From an uncultured delta proteobacterium (lineage in GTDB: Bacteria > Myxococcota > Myxococcia > Myxococcales > Myxococcaceae), in assembly GCA_963796055.1 (NCBI GenBank), contig CAWCKH010000004.1, positions 864,001 to 928,000 on the forward strand: a DNA stretch of 64,000 nucleotides. Reading direction: 5' to 3'. The translations under genes were made by a program, and so were the position numbers. The notes below the pieces were generated by a model. It worked only from the letters and a program-made list of their open reading frames with translations. It was not told where the DNA came from and did no database searches. Below, piece by piece: positions 19,927-29,120 of the stretch (positions are counted from its first letter, which is position 1; every line of letters begins with the position of its first letter).

Positions 19927-21329
19927 TGCGCGCCCTGCTGGTGATCTCGGTGCTGGCCGTGCTGGCCGGCGCCGCCGCGGCGCGTGCACGGGCACCCCGG
20001 CACCACTCCGGACGGGGGCTGCGCACGGCGACCCGTCCGGGACCTGGCGAGCCGGAGGTGCGCGCCGCGCTCGAGGCGCTGCGTTCGGGCGACGCCCGGC
20101 TCTGCACCCTGGCCGTGGACCGGCTGGAGCACGGCGGATGGGACTGGCAGCGGCAGCGCCTCGCCGGGGAGGACGCGCTCCCCACCCTGGCGCGGGGTCC
20201 GGTGAAGGCGCCGGCCGTGCTCGCCTTGCTGGCCGATGCGCTCGGAGACCCGCGAGCGTGCGTGCGGCGCGCCGCCGCCATCTGGCTTGGCAACAGTCCG
20301 GCACCGGAGGCGGTCACCCGGCTCACCACCGCCCTGCGCGCGGACGCTCCGGCGACCCGCGAGGCGGCGGCGTTCGGGCTGGGTGTGCACGCAGACGGAG
20401 CGGGCCGTGAGGCCCTGCTGACCGCGCTGCGGGACGGGACCCCGGCGGTGGCCGTCGCCGCGGCCTGGGCGCTGGGCCGCTCCGGGGACCCACGCAACAC
20501 GGGCGGCCTCCGGGGAGCGCTCCAGCACGCCGATGCCGGGGTGCGGCGGGCCGCGGCCGAGGCGCTCGGGGCGTCGGAGGATGCCGCGGCGGTGGACCCG
20601 CTCCTGGCGCGCCGGGCAGACCCCGACGCCTCCGTCCGGGCAGCGGTGGCCTCGGCGCTGGGGGAGATGGAGGACCGGAAGGCGGTCCCGGCACTGGTCG
20701 GGCTGGCCACCGACCGCGACCCGGACGTGCGGAGCGCTGCGCTGGAGGCGCTGGCCCGGCTCGAGGACCCGAGGGCGCTGGAGGTCGCTCGGGGCGCGCT
20801 CGCCGACGGCATCCCCGAGGTGCGTCGGGCGGCGCTGCGGACCCTCGCCGCGCTCGAGGATCCCCGGACCCTGCCCGCCCTCTCCTCCGCACTCGGCGAC
20901 TCCGAGCCGGAGATCCGCGCCGAGGCTGCCCAGGCCCTCGGCCGGATGGAGGACCCGAAGGCGGCGCCGGCACTCTCCAGGGCGGTCAAGGACACGGTTC
21001 CGGACGTGCGGGCGACGGCCGTGGAGGCGCTCGGCGCGCTGGACGGGCTGGGGAGCGTTCCCGCCGCGTTGCTCGACGCCTCCCGCGATCCGGTGCGCGA
21101 GGTGAGGACCGCGGCGGCCGAGGCGCTGCGCGGATTCTCACGGGACGAGGCGGCCGCGCGGCGGCTCACGGCCCTGGTGCACGACGAGGACCGGGCCGTT
21201 CGACGGGCGGCGGCGGAGGCGCTGGTCCACGTCGAGTCGCCCGAGGCACGGGCCGCCCTCCGAGCCGCGCTCGGCGACAGCGACAGCGAGGTGAGGCGCG
21301 CGGCGGCGCGGGGCCTCGGCCGGGACTGA
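19926..21329 (+). CDS. Secreted HEAT-repeat (PBS lyase-like) protein
   Basis: Signal peptide MRALLVISVLAVLAGAAAA; about twelve DxDxxVRxAAAxALG repeats; TGATG coupling. Confidence 0.88.
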   Translation: MRALLVISVLAVLAGAAAARARAPRHHSGRGLRTATRPGPGEPEVRAALEALRSGDARLCTLAVDRLEHGGWDWQRQRLAGEDALPTLARGPVKAPAVLALLADALGDPRACVRRAAAIWLGNSPAPEAVTRLTTALRADAPATREAAAFGLGVHADGAGREALLTALRDGTPAVAVAAAWALGRSGDPRNTGGLRGALQHADAGVRRAAAEALGASEDAAAVDPLLARRADPDASVRAAVASALGEMEDRKAVPALVGLATDRDPDVRSAALEALARLEDPRALEVARGALADGIPEVRRAALRTLAALEDPRTLPALSSALGDSEPEIRAEAAQALGRMEDPKAAPALSRAVKDTVPDVRATAVEALGALDGLGSVPAALLDASRDPVREVRTAAAEALRGFSRDEAAARRLTALVHDEDRAVRRAAAEALVHVESPEARAALRAALGDSDSEVRRAAARGLGRD

Positions 21330-21399
21330 GCAAGGTCGCTGGCGCGCCGCTGCGCGCGTGAGCCTGGACGCCCGGCGCCCCTGCGCCGCTCCGTGAGCC

Positions 21400-21447
21400 T
21401 CCCCCTGGTGCGGGGGGTTCCGCAGGCGTCCCCCTGCCGCGGGGGAC
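21400..21447. terminator. Two tandem GC-rich hairpins between convergent genes
   Basis: TCCCCCTGGTGCGGGGGG 21400-21417 and GTCCCCCTGCCGCGGGGGAC 21428-21447; no U-tract. Confidence 0.4.
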
Positions 21448-21544
21448 TGACCGAGCGCGGCAGGCGACGTGCGGCGACCCGCGCCGGACGCCCGGACCGA
21501 CGGTCAGTGGACCGTGCCGGCCTCGGTTGGCCGGCCGCGCATCG

Positions 21545-21904
21545 TCACTGCCCGTTCAGCAGCCGGCGCCGGCGCTCCCGCAGCACCGCGGCGAGCTCGT
21601 CCACCGCCGGAGCCTGGTCCGGGTCCGGCGGTTCGCTCGCCTCCTGGACGGCCACCGGCGTGGCGGTGCTCCCGTCGACGGGGGTCTTCGACGCCTGGAT
21701 GCGGAAGTGGAGGCGGTACTGGCGCTCGCAGCGGGAACCGCAGAACCATCCCGCGCCGGCGAGGAGGACTCCGCCCGAAGCACGGAGCTGCTCGTCGGTC
21801 TCCCCGGCAATCAGGGTGCGGCATCCGGTGCATTGCTTGCCCTTGGGCACTGCTGGCTTCGACGTCCGTGACCGGAACCACTTCACCACCACGGCAGGCT
21901 CCAT
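21545..21904 (-). CDS. Small hypothetical protein with a CxxC...FCxxxC putative Zn-binding motif
   Basis: KQCTGC...WFCGSRCE; start codon uncertain. Confidence 0.5.
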   Translation of the reverse strand: MEPAVVVKWFRSRTSKPAVPKGKQCTGCRTLIAGETDEQLRASGGVLLAGAGWFCGSRCERQYRLHFRIQASKTPVDGSTATPVAVQEASEPPDPDQAPAVDELAAVLRERRRRLLNGQ

Positions 21905-22369
21905 CTCCCCGCTCCACGGACAACAGTGCCTCGGCCGTGCCGCGCGCCACAATTGAGTCACCGCGCTCCCCAGCGGCGCGACCCACCGGGGTCCAGAGGA
22001 CCTTTGGTCCCGACCCACCCGCTGGCCTCGGACCCACCCCCACGACGCCGCGCTTCCCTGATTTCCTGGTCCTGCCGGACGCCGGTGTGGATGCCGAGCG
22101 AGGCAACGGGTGATGCCCGGAAAAGAAGCAGCCCGGCAATCCGCGACGGACGCCGGGCCACAGGCCTTCTACGACGAGCTCGCTCTTTCTCGTCTGAAGC
22201 GGTGGGGGGGAACCTCTTCAGAGAGCCAAGCGAACCCGGAACGCCAGATAACGGATTGCACCCCCTTTGACAACGGGTGACAACTGCGTGACGCACCTCT
22301 CGGGGCTGCCGGACGGAAATTTTCATCGCCGCTGGCAGGTGATGTTCTACCGGGAACTTGCGTCCGGCC

Positions 22370-22753
22370 CTACGGGCCCGTGGCCGCTCCCGCCATCTGG
22401 AACAGCGTGCCGTAGAGCGCCACCAGGAGCACCGCGCTCGCCAGGACGGTCAGCGCAAAGGCGAGCACGAGCACCATCCGCCGCCGCATCAGGGGCTGGG
22501 GGACAGCGAGCGCGTAGGCGACCAGGGCCAGGGGCAACAGCCCGAGCGCCGCCGGCATCCACCCCTGTAGCACCGCGCCGGCGAAGGACGGACCGGTGGT
22601 CCCGAGCGATTCGGAGAGCCGCCGGTACATCGGCACCACGAGCAGCGGCACGCCGAGCGACAGCAGCCCGGACCCGGCCACGACCAGCACGCCGATCCAG
22701 TCCAGGACCGAGAGCCGGGTCAGCGAGGTGTCCTCCGGGCGGGCGGTGGGCAA
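22370..22753 (-). CDS. Small three-TM membrane protein with PilC/GspF-like segments
   Basis: LLVVPMYRRLSESLG and LVALYGTLFQM; GGAGGGAG RBS before a TTG start. Confidence 0.55.
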   Translation of the reverse strand: MPTARPEDTSLTRLSVLDWIGVLVVAGSGLLSLGVPLLVVPMYRRLSESLGTTGPSFAGAVLQGWMPAALGLLPLALVAYALAVPQPLMRRRMVLVLAFALTVLASAVLLVALYGTLFQMAGAATGP

Positions 22754-22779
22754 CAGGCGTGCTCCCTCCGGAGGCGACT

Positions 22780-23895
22780 CTAGTCGAGTGTCTGCCGGTA
22801 GCCGCGAATGGCCAGTGTGCCCACCACCACCGAGAAGAGGACCAGCGGGTACAGGTGCGGCAGGACATCCGCCAGCCCGTTCCCCTTGAGGAGGATGCCG
22901 CGGATGAGCCGCAGCGCGTGGGTGAGGGGGAGCGCCTCGCCGAGGATCCGCGCCCAGCGGGGCATGCCGGCGAAGGGGAACATGAAGCCGGAGAGCAGGA
23001 TGGAGGGGAGGATGAAGAACACCGCCATCTGCATCGCTTGGAGCTGGTTCCGGGCGAGCGTGGAGAAGGTGAAGCCGACGGCCAGGTTGGCGGCGATGAA
23101 CAGGCCGAGGCCGAGGAGGAGCAGGGGCACCGAGCCCTGCACCGGCACCCGGAACACACCGACCGCCGCGGCGAGGATCAGCGCCACCTGCACGTAGCCG
23201 AGGAAGATGTAGGGGACGATCTTGCCCAGCATCACCTCGAGTGGGCGGACCGGCATGGCGAGGAGATTTTCCATCGTGCCCCGCTCGCGCTCGCGGGTGA
23301 CGGCCAGCGCGGTGATGACCACCAGGGTGAAGGTGAGCAGCGTCCCGATGAGGCCGGGCACGATGTTGTAGGCGGTGATGCCTTCGGGGTTGTAGCGGCG
23401 GTGCACCCGCCACTCGAAGGGGGTGGAGCTCGGCGTCGCGCCGGTGAGATCACGGGCGAGCAGACCGGGGCCGAGCCCCGCCGCGGCGGCGAAGGCGCTG
23501 CTCACCGCGGTGGGGTCGGTGGCGTCGGCGGCGAGCAGGACCGGGGGCCGCTCGCGGCGCTCGACGGAGCGGGCGAAGTCCACCGGCACCTCGAGCACGA
23601 AGAGCACGTCGCCGCGGGCCATCGCACGCTCGGCCTCGGCGGGAGAGACCGGCGGGGAGATGTTGAAGTACTCGGTGGCCCGCATCGCCTCGACCAGCGA
23701 GCGTGCCGGACGTGAGTCGTCGGCCATCACCAGCGCAGTGGGCAGGTGCTTGGGGTCGGTGTTGATGGCAAATCCAAAGAGGAACAGCTGCACCAGGGGC
23801 ATGCCCATCATCAGGGCCAGGGTGAAGCGGTCGCGCCGGGCCTGGATCAACTCCTTCTGCAGCACGGCCACGAAGCGACGGAAGGAGAGGTTCAT
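22780..23895 (-). CDS. ABC-2 type exporter permease (YbhR/YbhS-like)
   Basis: KELIQARRDR, YNP, RERERGTMENLL, LLSGFMFP. Confidence 0.93.
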   Translation of the reverse strand: MNLSFRRFVAVLQKELIQARRDRFTLALMMGMPLVQLFLFGFAINTDPKHLPTALVMADDSRPARSLVEAMRATEYFNISPPVSPAEAERAMARGDVLFVLEVPVDFARSVERRERPPVLLAADATDPTAVSSAFAAAAGLGPGLLARDLTGATPSSTPFEWRVHRRYNPEGITAYNIVPGLIGTLLTFTLVVITALAVTRERERGTMENLLAMPVRPLEVMLGKIVPYIFLGYVQVALILAAAVGVFRVPVQGSVPLLLLGLGLFIAANLAVGFTFSTLARNQLQAMQMAVFFILPSILLSGFMFPFAGMPRWARILGEALPLTHALRLIRGILLKGNGLADVLPHLYPLVLFSVVVGTLAIRGYRQTLD

Positions 23896-24821
23896 CCGGC
23901 GAACCTCCGGTCCGAGAGCAGGTGGATGAAGACGTCCTCCAGCGACGGCGGCTCCTCCACCCAGGTGAGCCCCTCCCGCGTGCGCCAGGGGGCGAGGGCC
24001 GCCTCCAGCGCGGCGCGGCGGGTGCCGCTCACCCGGAGCGTTTGCCCGAAGACCGCCACCGACTCCACCCCCGGCGTGCGGCCGAGCGCGGCGGCCGCCT
24101 CGGCGAGCCCCTCGCCGGTTCCGACGAAGGTGATCAGGCCCGAGCGGGCGACGACGTCGGATGCGGAGCCCTCGACCACCAGCTTTCCGCCGGAGAGGTA
24201 GACGATGCGGTGGCAGCGCTCGGCCTCGTCCATGTAGTGGGTGCTGACCAGCACCGTGATGCCCCGGGTGGCGAGCAGGTGGATGAGGTCCCAGAACTCA
24301 CGGCGCGCCTTGGGGTCGACTCCGGCGGTGGGCTCGTCGAGCAGCAGGAGCTCGGGCTCGTGGAGGACGCAGGCGGCGAGCGCGAGCCGCTGCTTCCATC
24401 CGCCCGAGAGCTGGCCGGCGAGCTGGGTGCGCCGGTCGGTCAGCCCGGCCTGCTCGAGGACGGCGTCGATGCGTCGCGGGCGGTCCGGAAGCTCGTAGAG
24501 CCGGGCCACGAAGTCCAGGTTCTCCTGGACGGTGAGGTCCTCGTAGAAGGAGAAGCGCTGGGTCATGTAGCCGACGCGGCGGCGAATCCGGGGGGCGTCC
24601 TTGCGGACATCGAGCCCGAGGCAGGTGCCCTCGCCGGCGTCGGGGGTGAGCAGGCCGCAGAGCATCCGCAGGGTGGTGGTCTTCCCGCTGCCGTTGGCCC
24701 CGAGGAAACCGCAGATCTGGCCCTTCGCCACCCGGAGGTCGAGGCCCTGCACCACGGCACGATCGCCGAAGGACTTGCGCAGCCCACGCACGTCGATGGC
24801 CAGCGGCGCGGCGGAGGTCAT
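23892..24821 (-). CDS. ABC exporter ATP-binding protein
   Basis: GANGSGKTT, LSGGWKQR, LLLDEPT, STHYMDEAE. Confidence 0.95.
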   Translation of the reverse strand: MTSAAPLAIDVRGLRKSFGDRAVVQGLDLRVAKGQICGFLGANGSGKTTTLRMLCGLLTPDAGEGTCLGLDVRKDAPRIRRRVGYMTQRFSFYEDLTVQENLDFVARLYELPDRPRRIDAVLEQAGLTDRRTQLAGQLSGGWKQRLALAACVLHEPELLLLDEPTAGVDPKARREFWDLIHLLATRGITVLVSTHYMDEAERCHRIVYLSGGKLVVEGSASDVVARSGLITFVGTGEGLAEAAAALGRTPGVESVAVFGQTLRVSGTRRAALEAALAPWRTREGLTWVEEPPSLEDVFIHLLSDRRFAG

Positions 24822-25759
24822 TTGACCACCTGGACGTCCAGCGGCTGGCCAGGGTGGAGGCCCTGCAGCGCGGACGAGCGCGCCTCCACCAGGTACACCA
24901 GCTTGCTCCGGGCGTCGCCGGCGTAGACGACCGGCGGGGTGTACTCGGGCTTGGGCGAGACGTAGCTCACCCGGGCATCGAGCGAACCGGAGCAGCCGTC
25001 GCAGCGCACCCGCACCGGAGCGCCGATGCGGACCGAGGCGAGCTGCGGCTCGGGGACGAAGAAGCGGACGCGGAGCGCCCCGTCCGGCAGGAGCGAGAGC
25101 ACGGAGGCTCCCGCGGGGACCATCTCCCCGGCGCGGTAGTAGGTGTCCAGCACCCTGCCCGGGGCGGGGGCGGCGGCCGAGCGCTGCTGCAGCTTCCACT
25201 CGGCCGAGGCCAGGGCGGCACGCGCCATCTCCGTCGCCGCGCGCTGGGCCTCGACTTCCTGCACCCGACCCACCGAGATCTGCAGGCTCCGGAGCCGGGC
25301 CTCGGCGGAGCGCAGGCGGGCGGCGGACTGGTCGCGGTTGGAACGGGCGAGGTCGAGGCGCTGCTGGGTGGAAGCGCCTTCCCTGGAGAGCTGTTCGGTG
25401 CGCCGGAGGTCGGACTCGGCCAGCTCGAGCGCGGCCTTCGCCTCGCGCACCTGGCCGAGCGCGGCGTCCAGGTCGGCGGGGCGGCCTCCGGCCTCGAGGT
25501 TCGCCAGCAGTGCCTGGGCCTGGGCGAGCTTCGCCGCCGCCTCGTCGCGCGCCGCGCGCTCGGCATCGCAGTCCTGGGTGAAGAGGAGCGTTCCGGCGTC
25601 CACCGTGTCGCCGCGCTCGACGGCGAGCCGGGTGAGGATACCGGTGGTGAGCGGCGCGACGCGGGTCTCGTCGGCCTCGGCCCAGCCATGGAAGACGCCG
25701 TCGGCGCGGGTGCATCCGGCCAGCGCCCCGATCGCGACCAGCGTGGCTGCAGCCTTCAT
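24818..25759 (-). CDS. HlyD-family membrane fusion lipoprotein (YbhG-like)
   Basis: LAGC lipobox, VERGDTV lipoyl half-motif, coiled coil, PEYTPP. Confidence 0.9.
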   Translation of the reverse strand: MKAAATLVAIGALAGCTRADGVFHGWAEADETRVAPLTTGILTRLAVERGDTVDAGTLLFTQDCDAERAARDEAAAKLAQAQALLANLEAGGRPADLDAALGQVREAKAALELAESDLRRTEQLSREGASTQQRLDLARSNRDQSAARLRSAEARLRSLQISVGRVQEVEAQRAATEMARAALASAEWKLQQRSAAAPAPGRVLDTYYRAGEMVPAGASVLSLLPDGALRVRFFVPEPQLASVRIGAPVRVRCDGCSGSLDARVSYVSPKPEYTPPVVYAGDARSKLVYLVEARSSALQGLHPGQPLDVQVVK

Positions 25760-26401
25760 GACCGATCTCCGGGGGCGGCGGCGAGGCCGCGCAGCAGATT
25801 TTCTCGATGCGCCTCGAGGACGGCCCGGCGGTCCAGGACCAGGTCGGTATGCGCACCGAACGAGTGCTTCCACATGGCGAGCAGCAGCACCGGGGCCATG
25901 ACCAGCGGGACCATGCGGTGCGGATCCACTTGCCGGAACTCACCCCGCGCAATCCCCCGTTCGATGACCCGCTCGAGCAGCCGGAAGGCTCGCCGGAGCA
26001 CCGAGATCCGCGTAGAGACGCGCGAGCTGCGGGAAGTTGCCGGACTCGGCGATCAGGAGCTTCACCACCCCGGTGAGCGGGGTCTCGAGCACCGTGCCCA
26101 GGAGCTCGAAGAGGGCGCGGAAGAGCTCCGGGGTCGGGCCCTCGAACGCGTCGACCATCTCCTCGGCGCGGTCGATGTTCGGAGCGATGGCCTCCCGGAC
26201 CACCGCCTCGAAGAGCTGCTCCTTGCTCTCGAAGTAGAGGTAGACGGTCCCCTTGCTGACCCCGGCCACGGTGGCGACGTCCTCCAGCCGCGTCGCGGCG
26301 AAGCCCCGGTCCGAGAAGAGCTGCAGGGCGGCGGCGACAATCTCCGCTGGCCGCGCCTCCTTGCGCCGCTCCCATCGCTTGGGTCCCTGCGTCCGTTCCA
26401 T
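25756..26401 (-). pseudogene. TetR-family regulator with a +1 frameshift near 26002 (pseudogene or sequencing error)
   Basis: HTH GFAATRLEDVATVAGVSKGTVYLYFESKE; the reading ...LYADL continues as VLRRAFRLLERVIERGIARGEFR in another frame. Confidence 0.85.
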
Positions 26402-26421
26402 ATAACTGACTGGTAAGTTAT
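26402..26421. promoter_or_regulatory. Putative TetR operator palindrome
   Basis: ATAACTGACTGGTAAGTTAT imperfect dyad immediately upstream of the TetR ATG. Confidence 0.65.
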
Positions 26422-26506
26422 TTGACTCAGGACCGCAAGTCATCTTTCAAGTCACTGATTTTACGGCCTCCTGGTGGGGCGTAAGGGGTCGACAGAAGGG
26501 TCGACA

Positions 26507-26523
26507 GAGGTGTCTGACACCTC
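26507..26523. repeat. Perfect REP-like palindrome GAGGTGTC-T-GACACCTC
   Basis: 8-bp arms with 1-nt centre, just downstream of the selB stop; preceded by GGGTCGACAGA x2. Confidence 0.6.
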
Positions 26524-26535
26524 AATTCGGGGAAT

Positions 26536-28452
26536 TCAGGCGCGGCGGAGCAGGCGCTTGTCGCCCACCCGGAGGGTGACCTTTTCCCGGTCGAAGTACT
26601 CGGACAGCGGGATGACGAACTTCCGGCTGCCCCCGACCAGCTCCTTGAACTGCTGGGTGGTGATCTCCCGGTGCTCGGTGAGGTGTGCCACCAGGCGCTG
26701 CTTCAGCTCGGCGAGGGCGGAGGCGGCAAAGCACAGCTCCTCGGTGACCTTCACCACCGTGTGGTCGGCGATCGGGCCCTGCAGCAGACCGGCGATCCGC
26801 TCGGCGGGGAGCGAGAGCATGCGACCGATCTCGGCGAGTGTCGGCGGGGCGAGCGCACCGGCGGCGATGGCCGCCACCGCCTTGGTGCGGGCCGCCTCCT
26901 CGTCGAGCGACAGGCTCCGACCCCTCCCCTTCAGCCGCAGCCCCTCGCCGATGGCCTCCACCGCCCCGCGCTCGGCCAGCGCCGCGACCAGACGCCCCAG
27001 CAGCCGGGGATCGAGGTCGGCCGAGAGCCGCTGGCGGAGCTCCTCGCGGTGCAGCGCATCCTCCAGCGGCGCCCGGTCGTGGAAGGACTGGAGCAGCGCC
27101 AGGGCACGAGACTGCAAGGCGGCGAAGGTCTCCCCGGCGAGGTAGAGCCGGCGCTCGCGATCCACCAGCAGCACCTGGCCCTTGCTGCTCAACACGTCCA
27201 GCGCGCGCTGGACCGTCCGGGGCGCGCTGGCGGTCCGGACGGCGAGCTCCCCCGCCGTCATCCCCCGGTACCCCGACTGCCGCGCCAGCCAGACCAGGCG
27301 CGCGTCGAGGTCCTCGCCACGCATCGGCGCGAGCAGCTCGGCCGCGCCGCGACGGCGACGCGGAGCGCCGATGGTCAGCACCCGTCCGCCGGCGAGCGTC
27401 GCCCCGCGACCGGGCAGCGGCCTGGCCCCGCGGAGGATGAAGCGCTGACCGGGCAGCGCCGCCACCGGGGCCTGCAGCCGGAGCTGGGCCAGGCCCGTCT
27501 CGCCGGGGGCGAGCTCCGGCAGGTCGAGCAAGGTCAGCCGGGCCTCGACCTGGGCCGTCCCCAGGTGGAGCAGGAGCGTCTTGCGGCGGGGAAGCGGCGC
27601 CTCGGCGGCCGGGAGCAGGGTGAGCTCCACGTCGAGCGAGCGGGTCTCGGGCAGCTCCCCCGCCCGCACCAGCACCATCCCCCGGCGGACGTCCTGCGTG
27701 GCCACGCCCGGCAGGTTCACCGCGGTGCGCTGCCCCGCCGAGCCCCGCGGGACGGTCTGCCCGTGGGTCTGCACCCCGCGCACCCGGAATGGCCCCGGTA
27801 GCCCGGGGAGCAGCGCCACCGAGGCCTCCGGCTCCACCGTGCCGGAGAGGAGCGTGCCGGTGACCACGGTCCCGAATCCCTTGATGGTGAACGCCCGGTC
27901 CACGGGGAGAAAGAGCGGTCCGTCGGCCGGGCGGCGCTGCACGCTCGCCGCGGCCCGGCCCAGCGCGGCCCGGAGCGCGTCCAGCCCCTCGCCGCTCCTT
28001 GCCGAGACCGGCACCACCTCCGCCTTCTCCAGCACGCTGCCGGCGAGCAAGGTGGCCAGGTCGGCATCGAGCAGGGCCCGCCAGTCGTCGCCCAGGCCGG
28101 CCAGGAGGTCCGCCTTGGTCAGCGCCACCACGCCGGCCCGGACGCCGAGGAGCTGGCAGATGTCGAGGTGCTCGCGGGTCTGGGGCATGACCCCCTCGTC
28201 CGCGGCGACCACCAGGATGGCCAGGTCCACGCCCCCCGCCCCGGCGGCCATCGCCTTCACGAAGCGCTCGTGACCCGGCACGTCCACCACGCCCGCCTCG
28301 GTGCCGTCCGGCAGGGCGAGGTGCGCGAAGCCGAGCTCGAGGGTGATGCCCCGGCGCTTCTCCTCGGGGAGCCGGTCGGTGTCGATGCCGGTGAGCGCCT
28401 TCACCAGCGAGGTCTTGCCGTGGTCGACGTGCCCGGCAGTGCCGATGATCAC
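26536..28452 (-). CDS. selB: Selenocysteine-specific translation elongation factor
   Basis: [39 protein letters not shown]-terminal winged helix [13 protein letters not shown]. Confidence 0.97.
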   Translation of the reverse strand: MIIGTAGHVDHGKTSLVKALTGIDTDRLPEEKRRGITLELGFAHLALPDGTEAGVVDVPGHERFVKAMAAGAGGVDLAILVVAADEGVMPQTREHLDICQLLGVRAGVVALTKADLLAGLGDDWRALLDADLATLLAGSVLEKAEVVPVSARSGEGLDALRAALGRAAASVQRRPADGPLFLPVDRAFTIKGFGTVVTGTLLSGTVEPEASVALLPGLPGPFRVRGVQTHGQTVPRGSAGQRTAVNLPGVATQDVRRGMVLVRAGELPETRSLDVELTLLPAAEAPLPRRKTLLLHLGTAQVEARLTLLDLPELAPGETGLAQLRLQAPVAALPGQRFILRGARPLPGRGATLAGGRVLTIGAPRRRRGAAELLAPMRGEDLDARLVWLARQSGYRGMTAGELAVRTASAPRTVQRALDVLSSKGQVLLVDRERRLYLAGETFAALQSRALALLQSFHDRAPLEDALHREELRQRLSADLDPRLLGRLVAALAERGAVEAIGEGLRLKGRGRSLSLDEEAARTKAVAAIAAGALAPPTLAEIGRMLSLPAERIAGLLQGPIADHTVVKVTEELCFAASALAELKQRLVAHLTEHREITTQQFKELVGGSRKFVIPLSEYFDREKVTLRVGDKRLLRRA

Positions 28453-29075
28453 GCCCGCGACCGGGCGCGCCGCGACGCAGGCTCCGGGTCCGCTTCCGGT
28501 GCGAGGTCGAAGCGGCCATCCTCGGTGACCGGACCGTAATCCCAGGGGAAGACCAGCGGCCCCTCCATCACCAGCACCGTCCAGTCGGGTGAGGCGCCCT
28601 GGTCGCGGCTGAGCAGGGTCGCGGTGCGGATCTGCCGGGCACCGGCCTTCCTCGCCAGGTCGACGGCCCGCCGCAGCGTCATCCCCGAGGCGATGACGTC
28701 GTCGACCAGGAGGATGCGCGCGCCCTTCACCTCGCGCGGCATGGCCATCACCTTCGGCATCCGTCCGGTGAGCGGATCGCGGGTGCGGCCCAGGATCCGC
28801 ACCGGGTGGAACGGCCTGCCCAGCGCGCTGGCCAGCGCCGAGCCGACGTAGATGCCTCCCGGGGCGATGCCCACCACCAGGTCACAGGTGTATGCGGCGG
28901 AGATCTCCCGGGCCATGGCCTGCACCGCGCCGTCGAACTGGGCCCAGCTCATCTCCCGCACCAGGTGGCGCGGACCGCTGCGGTCATGTCCGAGCAGGCC
29001 CCGGGGGAGCTCGCTCTGGGGCGAGAGGGGCAGCTGGGGGGGCTCGGGACGGCGGCGAGAGGATCGAGGAGACAT
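28449..29075 (-). CDS. Type I phosphoribosyltransferase
   Basis: [18 protein letters not shown] loop, VFPWD; overlaps the selB start by GTGA. Confidence 0.85.
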   Translation of the reverse strand: MSPRSSRRRPEPPQLPLSPQSELPRGLLGHDRSGPRHLVREMSWAQFDGAVQAMAREISAAYTCDLVVGIAPGGIYVGSALASALGRPFHPVRILGRTRDPLTGRMPKVMAMPREVKGARILLVDDVIASGMTLRRAVDLARKAGARQIRTATLLSRDQGASPDWTVLVMEGPLVFPWDYGPVTEDGRFDLAPEADPEPASRRARSRA

Positions 29076-29120
29076 GAACGGCCCACGAGCCTAGCCCGAC
29101 GACGTGCTGCCAGGGAGCGC

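Noticed and set aside
26402..26535. tRNA-Sec (selC) next to selB
   Set aside because: No cloverleaf, TCA anticodon arm or T-loop recognisable here or in the other intergenic gaps I inspected
14509..26535. Prophage or integrative element call for the accessory block
   Set aside because: No integrase, phage genes or flanking att direct repeats found
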